Shown: positions 38,768 through 49,730 of the stretch, in pieces
Numbering within the stretch: position 1 is the first letter of the stretch
Layout of the letters: each line of letters starts with the position of its first letter
Source: an uncultured Chthonomonadaceae bacterium
GTDB taxonomy: Bacteria; Armatimonadota; Chthonomonadetes; Chthonomonadales; Chthonomonadaceae
Direction of reading: 5' to 3'
Assembly: GCA_963817895.1 (NCBI GenBank)
Contig: CAWFQB010000005.1
Coordinates: 384,001 to 448,000, forward strand
DNA: 64,000 nt
Program-made: the position numbers and the translations under genes
Notes under the pieces: model-generated
The model's database searches: none
What the model saw: only the letters and a program-made list of their open reading frames with translations
What the model was told of the DNA's origin: nothing

Positions 38768-40811
38768 ATGGTTAGCGCGATAACTACAGATTTATATGAT
38801 GTGCAGACAAAGGCGCGGGGGCCGGTGGGCGAACTGCCGGTCACGGCGGATATGCTGCTGCACCGACCGAGCGGCGATATTTTCGCTCTGTCGCAGAACG
38901 CGGGCATGGGCTGGAATCCGAAACAGCTCAACCGCCGCGAATTTTTGATTCTGTCCACGCAGGGCGGCATCCGCAACCCGGACGGTTCGCCCGTCGCGCT
39001 CGGCTACCATACCGGGCATTGGGAAGTGGGGTTATTGATGCAGGCCGCGGCGGAAACGCCTGTCGGCAAACGATTGCCTGCCGTTTGCCGCGTTTTGTTC
39101 CGATCCGTGCGACGGGCGTTCGCAGGGCACGACGGGGATGATGGACAGCCTGCCGTACCGCAACGACGCGGCAACGGTTTTCCGCCGTTTGATACGCAGC
39201 CTGCCCAACCGTAAAGGCGTTTTGGGCGTGGCGACGTGCGACAAGGGCCTACCGGCGATGATGATGGCTCTGGCCGCGATGCGCGATTTGCCCTGCGTCC
39301 TGGTTCCCGGCGGCGTCACGCTTCCCGCCGAACATGGCGAGGACGCGGGCAAAATCCAGACAGTTGGGGCGCGGTTCGCGCATGGCCTGATTACCTTAAA
39401 AGAGGTGGCGGAAATGGGATGCCGAGCCTGCGCCACGCCGGGCGGAGGCTGCCAGTTCTTCGGCACGGCGGCGACTGCGCAGGTCGTGGGCGAAGCATTG
39501 GGCATGTCCCTGCCCCATTCCGCGCTCGCTCCCTCGGGGCAGGCCATCTGGCTGGATATGGCGCGGCAGTCCGCGCTGGCAATGATTGAAATGGCGACAA
39601 ACGGCGTGACCATGCGCGACATTCTCACAGACGACGCGGTGCGCAACGCCATGACGGTACACGCGGCCTGTGGCGGAAGCACGAACCTGCTGCTGCACAT
39701 TCCCGCCATTGCCCATGCCGCCAAACTGCGCCGCCCGACTGTGGACGACTGGCACACAATCAATGTCCGCACTCCCCGCCTCGTAGACGTGCTTCCCAAC
39801 GGCCCGACCGACCATCCGACCGTGCGCTTTTTCCTGTCCGGCGGCGTTCCCGAAGTGATGCTGCACCTACGCGAAATGGGATTGCTGCATCTGGACGCGC
39901 GGACCGTGTCCGGCAAAACCGTCGGCGAGAACCTGAACGAGTGGGAACACTCCGAACGCCGCGAACGATTGCGCGAACGATTGCGCGAACAGGACGGCGT
40001 TGATCCCGATGATGTGATTTTATCCCCCGCCCGCGCCCATGAAAAGGGATTGACCAGCACCGTCACCTTCCCGCGCGGCAACCTCGCCCCGCAGGGATCG
40101 GTCATCAAAAGCACGTCCATTGCACCCGAAGTGGTAGACGCGGACGGCATCTACCGCAAAACGGGACTGGCCCGCGTGTTCACGACCGAACGGGCGGCGA
40201 TTGAAGCGATCAAGGGCGTGGAAGAGGTCACGGAAGAAGAGGAGAAAAGGAGAAAAGGAGAAAAGGAGAAGTTGCAGTCAGACCTTTCCTCTTCTCCTCT
40301 TCTCCCCCTCTCCCCCTCTCGCGTTTTGCCCGGTGACATTCTCGTCCTCATCTGCCGGGGGCCGATGGGGGCGGGGATGGAGGAGATTTACCAGATTACG
40401 AGCGCGTTGAAGTTTCTGCCCTGGGGCAAGCAGGTGGCGGTGATTACGGACGCGCGGTTTTCGGGGGTTTCGACGGGCGCGTGTATCGGACATGTCGGGC
40501 CGGAAGCGCTGGCGGGCGGGCCGATTGGCAAAATCGTGGACGGGGATGTTATCGAGATCGTGATTGACCGCAACAGTCTGGAAGGCACGGTCAACTTGAT
40601 CGGGCATGGCGAAACGCGGTTCGGGGCGGAGGAGGGGACGCGGGTTCTGGCCGAGCGTCCGATGCGTCCCGACCTGCATACCGACCCGGATTTGCCGGAC
40701 GATACGCGGCTGTGGGCGGCGTTGCAGGCGGTCAGCGGTGGGACGTGGGGCGGCTGCGTATACGATGTAGACGAGATCGTGTCACGGCTAAACGTTGTCG
40801 GCGGCGTTTGA
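38768..40811 (+). CDS. YjhG/YagF-family D-xylonate dehydratase (IlvD/Edd superfamily); frameshift near 39060
   Basis: [71 protein letters not shown]. Confidence 0.9.
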
Positions 40812-40814
40812 TAT

Positions 40815-41702
40815 TCAGCGCTTCGCGGCGGTATCCACATTCCGGCGGATGAATGCTGTAAGCTGCTCGTAGTCTTTGGCGTGGGAGGTCAGCTTGATCT
40901 TCTGACCGTCGCCTTCAATCGTCGTCTGGTCGTAGTGGGTGTGCTGTGTGTGAACCGTTTGCGACGTGACCGAGGTGATGGCGTGGAAAGGGATGTGGCG
41001 GGTACGAAAGACGCTGCCTTCCGTGATGCCGTCCGGGGTGAACATCAGGTATTGGGTGAGCGCAAGTATCAGGCCATACACGAACAGAAGCAGCATGCTG
41101 CCCATAAACAACACCACCAGTACGAATGCAGCCTGTTCGCCGGGGCGCACAGGCTGCATGCATACGAATATCAACATGCCGCCCACAACCGTCACCATGA
41201 TAATGCCTGCCCCGGTCAGGCCACGCTTGGGGTGATAGATGTTGTTGATGCCGCCTATTTCGCTCAATTGTCGTTCGCACACAGGGGCGAGATGCTTGTT
41301 CAGGAGGCGGTTGAGTTCGTACAGGCTCGTTTTTTCAATCAGGCCGCGTTGTATGCGGAGTTTGTTGCCCTGATAATCGGTTAGCGTCAGTTGACTGCTC
41401 TCGCCGCCCTCGCCTTCAAAGTGGGTCACGTCACTCCATGCCATGCGCTTTGCGCCGTTCCAGCCTTTGCGCGTGATGCTATCCGCATCTATACCGTAAG
41501 TTGTGAACAACTCAACCAGTCCCCACAGGGCAAGCGCGCCCTGCCCTCCGGCCAGCAACAACATCACGCCGACAAAGGCATAGTAGGTGGCATCCTTATG
41601 GTTGGGGGGTGTCGTGCCGAAGAAAATCAATCCGAACGCGCAAATCATCGTCCAGAACAGAAACATTCCCCGACTGCCCCAATCCCCGGTAAATTTCTGC
41701 AT
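40815..41702 (-). CDS. Membrane protein with tandem bacterial PH-like domains (paralog 3)
   Basis: MQKFTG start; two repeats of TM pair + GIT...WSDV/IPF module. Confidence 0.75.
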   Translation of the reverse strand: MQKFTGDWGSRGMFLFWTMICAFGLIFFGTTPPNHKDATYYAFVGVMLLLAGGQGALALWGLVELFTTYGIDADSITRKGWNGAKRMAWSDVTHFEGEGGESSQLTLTDYQGNKLRIQRGLIEKTSLYELNRLLNKHLAPVCERQLSEIGGINNIYHPKRGLTGAGIIMVTVVGGMLIFVCMQPVRPGEQAAFVLVVLFMGSMLLLFVYGLILALTQYLMFTPDGITEGSVFRTRHIPFHAITSVTSQTVHTQHTHYDQTTIEGDGQKIKLTSHAKDYEQLTAFIRRNVDTAAKR

Positions 41703-41704
41703 CG

Positions 41705-43105
41705 TTATCCTCCGGCGGCTTGTTTGCGCTTGCGGGTGAAGGGCGTGATTGCCAGCAGGATCGGGAAAACGGTTCCCAAAACGAGCAGCATATAGCCGGA
41801 ACGGACTTTGCCTTCGGCCTGTTTGCGCCCGATGGATTGTTCCAGGCGGGAAACGTTTTTGCGCCCCGGCACATAGATAACGCGGGCGGACGCGCCGACC
41901 CGCGTACCGGCGTAATCTTCCCATGAAACGGGGCTTGCCGCCTGTATATGTTGTCCGTTCGCGTCATCGAAGGCGTATTGCAGCAGATAGGTGGTGTGCT
42001 TGCCGCCATTTTGCGTGTCCTTGCCTGTAATGCGCCCCGCTGCCGTTTTGCCCTGCGTGTCCATCAGGCGGTAGTGTTCCATGCGCTCGTTCCCCTCGCG
42101 CAGTGACCATACGCCGATGCCGCCCAGAAACAGCATGTAAACCACCGCAAGAATGGGCAGGAGAATTTTGGCCTGTTTGTCGTTTTTGCGCTGTATCTCT
42201 TCAGATTTTGCTTCGCCCTGCTGCTTCGCCCCGGCGTCCACATGCGAACGGATATAATCTATGAGCAGTTCGTAATCGTTGGCGTGGGAGGTTAGCATAA
42301 TCTTCTGCCCCTCGCCCTCTACGGTCGTCAGGTCGTAACTGCCGTTTTTGGTGCTGACCCGGCGCGACATGACGGAGGACACACTCCGAAAAGGGATGTG
42401 GCGCGCGCGGAATACGCTGCTGTCCGTGATACCGTCGGCGGTGAACATCAGGGAATGGGTGAAGCCTAAAATGGTCAGGTACACGAACAGCAGTTCAATG
42501 CCGCCGAAAATAATTATCACGGCGATAAACGCCCCCTGTTGATTGGATGGCACGGGCTGCGCGGCGATAAATGCCAGCATCGCGCCCACAAGGGTTGTCA
42601 TAATCACGCCCGCCCACGCCGCGCTCCGTTTGGGATGGTACACGTTGTTGATACCGCCCATTTCGCTCAGTTGCCGTTCGCGGATGGGAGCCAAATGCGT
42701 ATCCAGCAGTTGATTCAGTTCCGCCAGTTTCGCGCCGCCCATCATGCCGCGCTGAATACTTAGTTTGTTGTTCTGGTAGTCGGTCAGCATCAGGGCGCTG
42801 TCCGCGCCGCCCCCGGCAGCAAAGTGGGTGACATCGCTCCAGCGCATCTGCTGTTCGCCATTCCAGCCCCGCCGCGTGATCCCGTCCGCATCCACGCGGT
42901 AGGCTGTCAGGCACTCCAGAATAATGTAACTGAAAAGCGCGATGATGCCCAATCCGAGCAGGCCGAAGAACGCGCTCACGCCCCCATGCCGGCTCGAAAC
43001 CCGCGAGTCCACGTCCCAGGCCAGCCACAACGAGCCGCCGCCCATCAAGCAGAGCATGAATATTGCTGAAATCAGATTGGAAACTTTGCCGCGAAAGGTT
43101 TGCAT
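41705..43105 (-). CDS. Membrane protein, PH-like domains plus DUF3592-like C-terminus (paralog 2)
   Basis: MQTFRG start; DADGITRRGW...WSDV; GKTAAGRITGK...YLLQYAF...VIYVP. Confidence 0.8.
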   Translation of the reverse strand: MQTFRGKVSNLISAIFMLCLMGGGSLWLAWDVDSRVSSRHGGVSAFFGLLGLGIIALFSYIILECLTAYRVDADGITRRGWNGEQQMRWSDVTHFAAGGGADSALMLTDYQNNKLSIQRGMMGGAKLAELNQLLDTHLAPIRERQLSEMGGINNVYHPKRSAAWAGVIMTTLVGAMLAFIAAQPVPSNQQGAFIAVIIIFGGIELLFVYLTILGFTHSLMFTADGITDSSVFRARHIPFRSVSSVMSRRVSTKNGSYDLTTVEGEGQKIMLTSHANDYELLIDYIRSHVDAGAKQQGEAKSEEIQRKNDKQAKILLPILAVVYMLFLGGIGVWSLREGNERMEHYRLMDTQGKTAAGRITGKDTQNGGKHTTYLLQYAFDDANGQHIQAASPVSWEDYAGTRVGASARVIYVPGRKNVSRLEQSIGRKQAEGKVRSGYMLLVLGTVFPILLAITPFTRKRKQAAGG

Positions 43106-43140
43106 GGTCGTATCCGAAGACTGAAAAGAATGAATATAGC

Positions 43141-43167
43141 CGCGAATGAACGCGAATACACGCGAAT
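43141..43167. repeat. Decamer tandem repeat CGCGAAT-N3 x3
   Basis: CGCGAATGAA CGCGAATACA CGCGAAT. Confidence 0.7.
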
Positions 43168-43207
43168 GAGAAAATCATTTTCTATGGGGAAACGCGCTGT
43201 AACAGTG

Positions 43208-44689
43208 TCAGGGCGTTTCCATCTGTTCCAGGCGGCGGATGGCTGCCGGGGAGGTGTATTTGCGCTTGTAGGCGATGTAGGATAACAGCCCGAACGCGAA
43301 CGGGAGGCTGAACGCGACGCTCAACATGACATGTCCGTTTCGCGCCATTTCCGCGCCCAACTCTTTGCCTGTCGAGGCGACCGCGTGTTTAATAGCGGGA
43401 TTGGACGGCAGGTACACGACCGAAATGCTGCCCGACTGCTGCGCCTGCGCGTACTCCTGATAAGGCACGTAACTGCTGCCGTCGTAGCGCTTGCCTGCCA
43501 GAACGAGCGTATAATCAACGGAATAGCGCGGCTTGTTTCGCCCTTTTTCGCGTGTGTCGGTCACGCGGGCCATCATGGTTTGCCCCTGCGCATCAAGCAG
43601 ACGGTAGTGTTCCAGCCGTTCCCTGCCGTCCTGCAAAAACATCCAACCCAGCAGGCCGAACAGAAACCCCATTATCATGCCCACAATGGGCATTTGCCAC
43701 GCCATCGAACGCGCCTCTTTTCGCTCCATTTCGGCGTTTGCGCTTGCCTGCGCGTTGAGGGCGTCGGACGGGATGCGGGCGCGGACGAAATCCATCAGCA
43801 GGCCGTAATTGGGCAGCAGGGAACTGAACACAATGGTTTTGCCGTCGCCTTGCAGCGTGACGCGCTCCAAACCCTGTTTCACGGCGCGAACGGCGAAAAC
43901 GTGAATGTGGTCGAAAGGAATGGTGACGGTTTTCCATGGGGTTTGCCGCGTAATGGCCGTATCGGTGACGGTCCAAACCGACAGCAGAAGCGGCAGTCCC
44001 ATTGCCAGCAGGCACAGGGAACTGAATACGAAAAATCCGCTCAATCCCACAATCACGGTGTTGTCGGCTGCGGAACCTGCGGAACCTGCTGAAGTGGGTT
44101 GAAACATGGGAGCGAACCGGATAAAAGCAGCCATGAGCAGGCCAACCACAGGCATCACAATGCCCAGTGATCCGGCGGGAGAGTTGAAGGGGTGGCGGAA
44201 CGTTTGCCCCTGTCGCGCGGATTGCTGCATTCGCGCTTGCAGCGGCTGCAATCGTTCGTTCAGCGCGTCCGCCAGACTGTTGCCGCCCGCGTCCCGAAAG
44301 CCGTAACCGGTAACATGAGAGCCGAAAACCACTTTTACGCGCTGCGCCTGATTGTCCGTGAGCGTGAGCGTATTCTTTTTTTCGCTGAGTTCAAAGCGGT
44401 TCAAGTCCTGCCAGCGCAGGCGCGTTTCTCGCCCCAACCGGCGCTTTGTGATGCCGTCCTCATCCAGTTCGTAAACTACAGCGGTGTCCAGCAGTCCGAG
44501 CAGGCTGTAAACGACGGGCAGGAAGAATATGGGCAGGACAATGGCAAGACACCAGAGCGTGGTGGCATTGGCATGAACGCGCCCCGAGAGCAGGGGCAGC
44601 AGAAAGAAGAAGCCGGGGCAGCCCGCATACACGGCCATAACCCCCAACAGTTTCAATCTGGCGACAAACCGACCCGTAAACGTCTGCAT
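43208..44689 (-). CDS. Membrane protein, PH-like domains plus DUF3592-like C-terminus (paralog 1)
   Basis: MQTFTG start; shares ERLEHYRLLDAQG with paralog 2 (ERMEHYRLMDTQG). Confidence 0.8.
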   Translation of the reverse strand: MQTFTGRFVARLKLLGVMAVYAGCPGFFFLLPLLSGRVHANATTLWCLAIVLPIFFLPVVYSLLGLLDTAVVYELDEDGITKRRLGRETRLRWQDLNRFELSEKKNTLTLTDNQAQRVKVVFGSHVTGYGFRDAGGNSLADALNERLQPLQARMQQSARQGQTFRHPFNSPAGSLGIVMPVVGLLMAAFIRFAPMFQPTSAGSAGSAADNTVIVGLSGFFVFSSLCLLAMGLPLLLSVWTVTDTAITRQTPWKTVTIPFDHIHVFAVRAVKQGLERVTLQGDGKTIVFSSLLPNYGLLMDFVRARIPSDALNAQASANAEMERKEARSMAWQMPIVGMIMGFLFGLLGWMFLQDGRERLEHYRLLDAQGQTMMARVTDTREKGRNKPRYSVDYTLVLAGKRYDGSSYVPYQEYAQAQQSGSISVVYLPSNPAIKHAVASTGKELGAEMARNGHVMLSVAFSLPFAFGLLSYIAYKRKYTSPAAIRRLEQMETP

Positions 44690-44772
44690 GGCTCACTCCC
44701 AACACAAAAACTTACGCGAAAATAAAGGTAAACTTAACAAACTACCAACCACCAACCACCGGAGAATAATTC

Positions 44773-46881
44773 ATGCCGCGCCCCATTGCCATAGACGATT
44801 TTATGAGACTGCGCCTTGTCAGTGATCCGCAGATTACGCCGGATGGAACGCGCGTCGCCTGCGTGGTCAAGCGCATTGAGCGCGACAAAAACAGATACGT
44901 GTCGCAGATTTGGGTTGTTCCAACGGATGCTGAACAGGATGGACAGGCAGCCGGCAGAGAAGCGCGTCCGTTTACCGGGGAGGAGAGCAGCGCGTCGCAT
45001 CCCCGCTGGTCGCCCGACGGCAAACGGCTGGCGTTTCTGTCGGATCGGCAAAAGCCGCTCAATCAGATATACGTGATGCCCTCAGATGGCGGCGAAGCGC
45101 GGGCGTTGACGCATCTGGAAGCGGAGGGGAGTATCGGCGGCTTTCGCTGGTCGCCGGATGGCAGCAAAATCGCGTTCACGTTCCGGGCAACCCCGCAAGC
45201 GTATCGGAAAGACGTTGTAGAGGAACGGAAGAAGAAAGAATTATCGTCACCTGTTCGGCATCACGACCGCCTGTTTTACCGGCTGGACGGTATGGGGTAC
45301 TGGGATGGCGAGTATTTTCAGGTTTGGGTGGCGGACGCGAAAACGGGTGACGCGAAACAACTGACAGACGGCTCGTACAATTGCGCCCTGCCCACATGGT
45401 CGCCGGACAGTCGGACGCTGGCGTTTCTATGTGACCGCCGCGAGGATGGCGATATTGCGCCCGCGCAAAATGACATCTGGACAATCGCGGCTGCGGACGT
45501 GTTTGCGGCAGGGGAGGGCGTGAAGGCCGAGTCAGACAGCGCGATGCAAGAGAAAAGTGAAAACTCTTTGACGCGCATCGCTTCGCCACCCGGCGCAAAG
45601 GAGTCGCTGGCATGGTCGCCGGATGGCAAATCTTTCGCGTATGTCGGGCTTGCCGATCCGCTGGATACGTGGCACTCCTCGAACGAGCGCGTGTTCGTCC
45701 TGCCCGCAACGGGAAGCGATACGGCGCGTGACTTGACCGGGCATACCGACTGGTCTGTCGGCTATCTGAACACTGCCGACTCGCATGAGGTCGGGGCAGG
45801 CGATATGGCACAATGGCTGCCGGACAGCGATAGTCTTTTCGTGCCGATGAGTTCTGACGGGGATATTGTTGTGTTTAGCGTGGGCTTAAATGTGATGCAG
45901 TCCGGCACAGTGACTTCCCTGTTCGGAGAAATCGGCGGCTTCAGCATATCGAATGACGGCGGAATCATTGCCTGCACACACGGCAATTCTAACGAGCCAC
46001 ATGCGCTGTATATTGCCAAACACAGACGATATGCGGGGGTAGTCACACTGGAAAAATGCGCGTCTTTCAACGACGATCTTCTTGCTGAAGTTCAGGTTGC
46101 CGCGCCGGAACCGATTGATGTGGACAACGGCAGCGGCGGGAAAGTTCCCGGCTGGCTGCTGAAGCCTGCGGACATGCAGCCCGGAGAGAAATATCCGCTT
46201 GTCGTGTATGTGCATGGCGGGCCGCATTTGCAGTACGGCAACACGTTTCATCACGAACTGCAATGGCTGGCGGCGCAGGGGTATGTCGTGCTGTACACCA
46301 ATCCGCGCGGCAGCAAAGGGTACGGGGAAGCGCATACGAAAGCCATTGCGGGTAACTGGGGGAGCGTAGATTACGACGATGTGATGGCCGCGACGGATTG
46401 GGCATGTGGTTTGGAATTTGTAGACGCGAGTCGAACCGCGATTATGGGCGGCTCGTATGGCGGCTACATGACGGCGTGGGCTATCGGGCATACCAATCGG
46501 TTCCAATGCGCCATTGCCGACCGACTGGTTGCCAACCTGCATAGCATGAGCGGAACCTGTGATTTTCCGTGGCGTCCCGACCATCCGTTCAAGGGTGACG
46601 GCTGGAACAATCCCGCGCAGTTATGGAAGTGTTCGCCGCTCGCGTATGCGGGCAATATAACGACGCCCCTGCTGCTCATCCACTACGACGGCGACCTGCG
46701 CTGCCCATCCGAACAGGCGGATCAACTGTTTTCCGCCCTCCGGCATCAGCGCAAGGTTGTGGAATACGTCCGCTATCCGGCAGAAGCCTCGCACGGCCTG
46801 TCGCGCTCCGGCCCACCCGACCTGCGGCTGGACCGTTTGCAGCGCAACCTGGATTGGCTGAACCGCTGGCTAAAAGCGTGA
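44773..46881 (+). CDS. S9 family acylaminoacyl/dipeptidyl peptidase
   Basis: WSPDG propeller repeats; YVHGGP, NPRGSKGYG, GGSYGG, DLRCP, SHGL. Confidence 0.95.
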   Translation: MPRPIAIDDFMRLRLVSDPQITPDGTRVACVVKRIERDKNRYVSQIWVVPTDAEQDGQAAGREARPFTGEESSASHPRWSPDGKRLAFLSDRQKPLNQIYVMPSDGGEARALTHLEAEGSIGGFRWSPDGSKIAFTFRATPQAYRKDVVEERKKKELSSPVRHHDRLFYRLDGMGYWDGEYFQVWVADAKTGDAKQLTDGSYNCALPTWSPDSRTLAFLCDRREDGDIAPAQNDIWTIAAADVFAAGEGVKAESDSAMQEKSENSLTRIASPPGAKESLAWSPDGKSFAYVGLADPLDTWHSSNERVFVLPATGSDTARDLTGHTDWSVGYLNTADSHEVGAGDMAQWLPDSDSLFVPMSSDGDIVVFSVGLNVMQSGTVTSLFGEIGGFSISNDGGIIACTHGNSNEPHALYIAKHRRYAGVVTLEKCASFNDDLLAEVQVAAPEPIDVDNGSGGKVPGWLLKPADMQPGEKYPLVVYVHGGPHLQYGNTFHHELQWLAAQGYVVLYTNPRGSKGYGEAHTKAIAGNWGSVDYDDVMAATDWACGLEFVDASRTAIMGGSYGGYMTAWAIGHTNRFQCAIADRLVANLHSMSGTCDFPWRPDHPFKGDGWNNPAQLWKCSPLAYAGNITTPLLLIHYDGDLRCPSEQADQLFSALRHQRKVVEYVRYPAEASHGLSRSGPPDLRLDRLQRNLDWLNRWLKA

Positions 46882-46887
46882 GTCGGG

Positions 46888-46913
46888 AAGGGCCGGGGAT
46901 TTTCAATCCCCGG
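46888..46913. repeat. Palindrome AAGGGCCG...TTTCAA...CGG (REP-like or terminator)
   Basis: AAGGGCCGGGGATTTTCAATCCCCGG; relative on the minus strand at 50184-50213. Confidence 0.55.
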
Positions 46914-46996
46914 TAAATTGTAAATTCGTAAAAATGCCGGGAAGTGTGGAATACTAAAAGGGAACGCTTACATTGAACTTTGTTTGGGAGCTATAC

Positions 46997-49438
46997 ATGA
47001 CCGTATCTTTCGTTAAGTTTCGCTTTTCTCGCATCCCCCGACAGGCGGCTGTTGGCGGATTGCTTTCCCTTTTGAGTATTGTACCGGTTTCTTCTCAGGC
47101 GGCGGAAAAAGGCAAGCGACCGCCTACGCTGGACCCAACGTATGGCCTGCGCGTTCCTAAAACCGCGCCTGCCAGCGCCTTTGACCCGAAAACGGACGCG
47201 CATTGGATATGGGCGGAGCGTACCGCCAGTGAGCAGACAGTGGGGCTGCGGGGCGCGTTCACGCTTGCGCAACCGCCGCATACGGTTACGCTGTATGTGA
47301 CGGCAGACGACTTTTTCACCTGCTATGTCAACGGCAAGCAGGTGGAGCAATCGGTTCCCAATCCGCAGGATACGTTCGTGTGGAAGCATGTGCATCGGCA
47401 GAACATCGCCCGCTATTTGCAGCCCGGTAAAAACGTGATCGCTCTCAAAGCCCTGAACAATACGGGGCTGGCGGGCGCAATCGCACGGGTGGAAGCGGAT
47501 GGCAAGCCCCTGTTGCTGACAGACGGCAGTTGGCGGGTATTCGACGGCCAGAACCTGCCCGCGAACTGGACAAACGCGGACTTTGCTGATGGCGCGTGGC
47601 AAACCGCGCATGTCGTGACCGACCTGATTGGCGATCCCTGGGCAAGCGCGGGCGGATTGGAGGGTTGGCCGGGGTACGACGTCACCGCCCCGTATATGGC
47701 GCACATTACGCTGGATCCCGCTGCCAATCTGGACGCGAAAAGCGGTAAAGGGAAACTGGAAGCCACAGGCCCGGGCGTGTTTACAACAACGTTTGCGGGA
47801 AATGACCCGCTGAACGCGCCCTCCATTGTCGTGGATTTCGGCAAGGAGATCGCGGGGCGCGTGGAAATCACCGCCACCACCGGGAGCGGCATCGTGGTTG
47901 TAGGTACGGGCGAATCAAAAGAAGAGGCCGTGAAATCGCCCTGGGGCGGCGCGCATAAATTGGAATTGACGGACGGCAAAGCCGCGTACACGCCGTACAG
48001 CGCGTTCCGCTACGCCAAAATAACGTTCCTTCCGCCCGCTGAAAGCGCGACTGCGGACAAAACCGCGTCTGTTGTCGTGAAATTGGATCACAAATACTAT
48101 CCCGTCGAGTATAAGGGCGCGTTCGATTGTTCCGACCCGCTATTGACGCGCATCTGGTACACAGGCGCGTATACGAGCCATTTGTGTATGCAGGAGGACA
48201 TCTGGGACGCGCCCAAACGGGACCGGGCAAGATGGATGGGCGACCTGCACGTTTCCGGCGCAGTCATCAATCTGGCGTTTGCCGACCGCTTTTTGATGGA
48301 ACAGACCATGCAGAAATTGCGGGACGAGGCGCAGGGGGGCGCGTCGTCGGGCGACCTGCCCAAACAGCACGTCAACGGCATCCCCGGCTACTCGTGCGCG
48401 TGGATATGCGGGCTGGCGGATTTTCACCGGCACATTGGCGACTACGATTATCTCAATCGGCAGCATAAAGCGCTGATTGGAATGCTGGACTACTTCAAGG
48501 GCGTCCCCAACGCTTCCGGCGTGGGCAGCGATGGCGGCGAAATGGACGGCAGGGGACTGTTCGCCAACAACCGGAAAGCCTGGCCGTTCGTGGATTGGGC
48601 GCCGGATTTCAATGGCGACACGCCCCGCGCCCGCGTCGCCACGCACCTGTTTCTTGTCCGCGCGGCGCGGGACGCTGTATTCCTGCTGTACGAGATGGGC
48701 GACGAGGCGAACGCCAGACGGTACGCGAAATGGGCGGATGATCTGGCGGACGCGGCGCAGCGGTATCTGTTCGATATAAAAACGCGTCTTGTCAGCGACC
48801 GCCGACAGGACAACGCGATGGCGATTTATGCGGGGGTTGCCGATAAGGAGCAGACGCAGGCCATCTATGACAACATCCTCAAGCCCGACAGCGCGGCATG
48901 GAAGCAGATCGCTACGCCGTATTACAACAACTACATCATCTACGCGATGAGCATGGCGGGGCATACAAGCGAGACGCTGGGCGTCCTGCGCAACTACTGG
49001 GGCGGGATGCTCAACGAGGGCGCGACAAGCTGGTGGGAAGCCTACGATCCCTCCTGGGAAAAGCAGGATTTCCACGCGCATTTAGAGGCCGATAACGGAA
49101 CGGGTTACTTCGTCAGTCTGGCGCATGGCTGGTCTGCCGGCCCGACAAGCTGGCTGACGGAGCGCGTATTGGGCGTTCGCCCGACCGGCGGCGGCTTCAA
49201 AACGCTGGATGTGGCCCCGGAACTGGGCGACCTGGCCTGGGCGGAGGGCGACGTGCCGACCCCGCGCGGAACGCTGCATGTGCGCGTGGAAAAGCAGACA
49301 TTCGGCCTGAAACTCAGCGCCAACGTGCCTGCGGGCAGCCGCGCCACCCTGTCCGTTCCCGGCAAAACCGTCTTCGTGTCCGGCCCGAAAACCGTCACCG
49401 TCTCGTCCCCCAACAGGCCGCTTCCCAAACCGCTGTAG
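46997..49438 (+). CDS. Secreted alpha-L-rhamnosidase-like (GH78)
   Basis: Signal peptide; VVDFGKE, FDCSDPLLTRIW, DAPKRDRARWMGD, GATSWWE, SLAHGWSAGP, VPTPRG. Confidence 0.92.
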   Translation: MTVSFVKFRFSRIPRQAAVGGLLSLLSIVPVSSQAAEKGKRPPTLDPTYGLRVPKTAPASAFDPKTDAHWIWAERTASEQTVGLRGAFTLAQPPHTVTLYVTADDFFTCYVNGKQVEQSVPNPQDTFVWKHVHRQNIARYLQPGKNVIALKALNNTGLAGAIARVEADGKPLLLTDGSWRVFDGQNLPANWTNADFADGAWQTAHVVTDLIGDPWASAGGLEGWPGYDVTAPYMAHITLDPAANLDAKSGKGKLEATGPGVFTTTFAGNDPLNAPSIVVDFGKEIAGRVEITATTGSGIVVVGTGESKEEAVKSPWGGAHKLELTDGKAAYTPYSAFRYAKITFLPPAESATADKTASVVVKLDHKYYPVEYKGAFDCSDPLLTRIWYTGAYTSHLCMQEDIWDAPKRDRARWMGDLHVSGAVINLAFADRFLMEQTMQKLRDEAQGGASSGDLPKQHVNGIPGYSCAWICGLADFHRHIGDYDYLNRQHKALIGMLDYFKGVPNASGVGSDGGEMDGRGLFANNRKAWPFVDWAPDFNGDTPRARVATHLFLVRAARDAVFLLYEMGDEANARRYAKWADDLADAAQRYLFDIKTRLVSDRRQDNAMAIYAGVADKEQTQAIYDNILKPDSAAWKQIATPYYNNYIIYAMSMAGHTSETLGVLRNYWGGMLNEGATSWWEAYDPSWEKQDFHAHLEADNGTGYFVSLAHGWSAGPTSWLTERVLGVRPTGGGFKTLDVAPELGDLAWAEGDVPTPRGTLHVRVEKQTFGLKLSANVPAGSRATLSVPGKTVFVSGPKTVTVSSPNRPLPKPL

Positions 49439-49670
49439 CCCTCAATGGATGGTGTCCACTGATGGATTAACCCCTTCTCTCACAAAACGCATTTTAAAAG
49501 TAAAGCAGAAGTACGTTTTGTGAGAGAAGCGCTCTGAGAGGCATATCGTTCTCGCGAGATAGATCAAAACAGCAACACGCAGGGCGTGATGAAGGTTTTG
49601 ACTGTTGCTGTTTTGCTTGTATACTCGTGATTTCTCAGCGCATACCAAAAACATTTCCAAACCGTTGCTT

Positions 49671-49705
49671 ATCCTGACGTTTTTGCAACGGTCACTTGTT
49701 ATACT
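49671..49705 (+). promoter_or_regulatory. Putative SARP-type direct-repeat promoter
   Basis: ATCCTGACG-TTT-TTGCAACG-N9-TATACT. Confidence 0.55.
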
Positions 49706-49730
49706 TCCTTCAGCGCTATGAGCGTGGATT

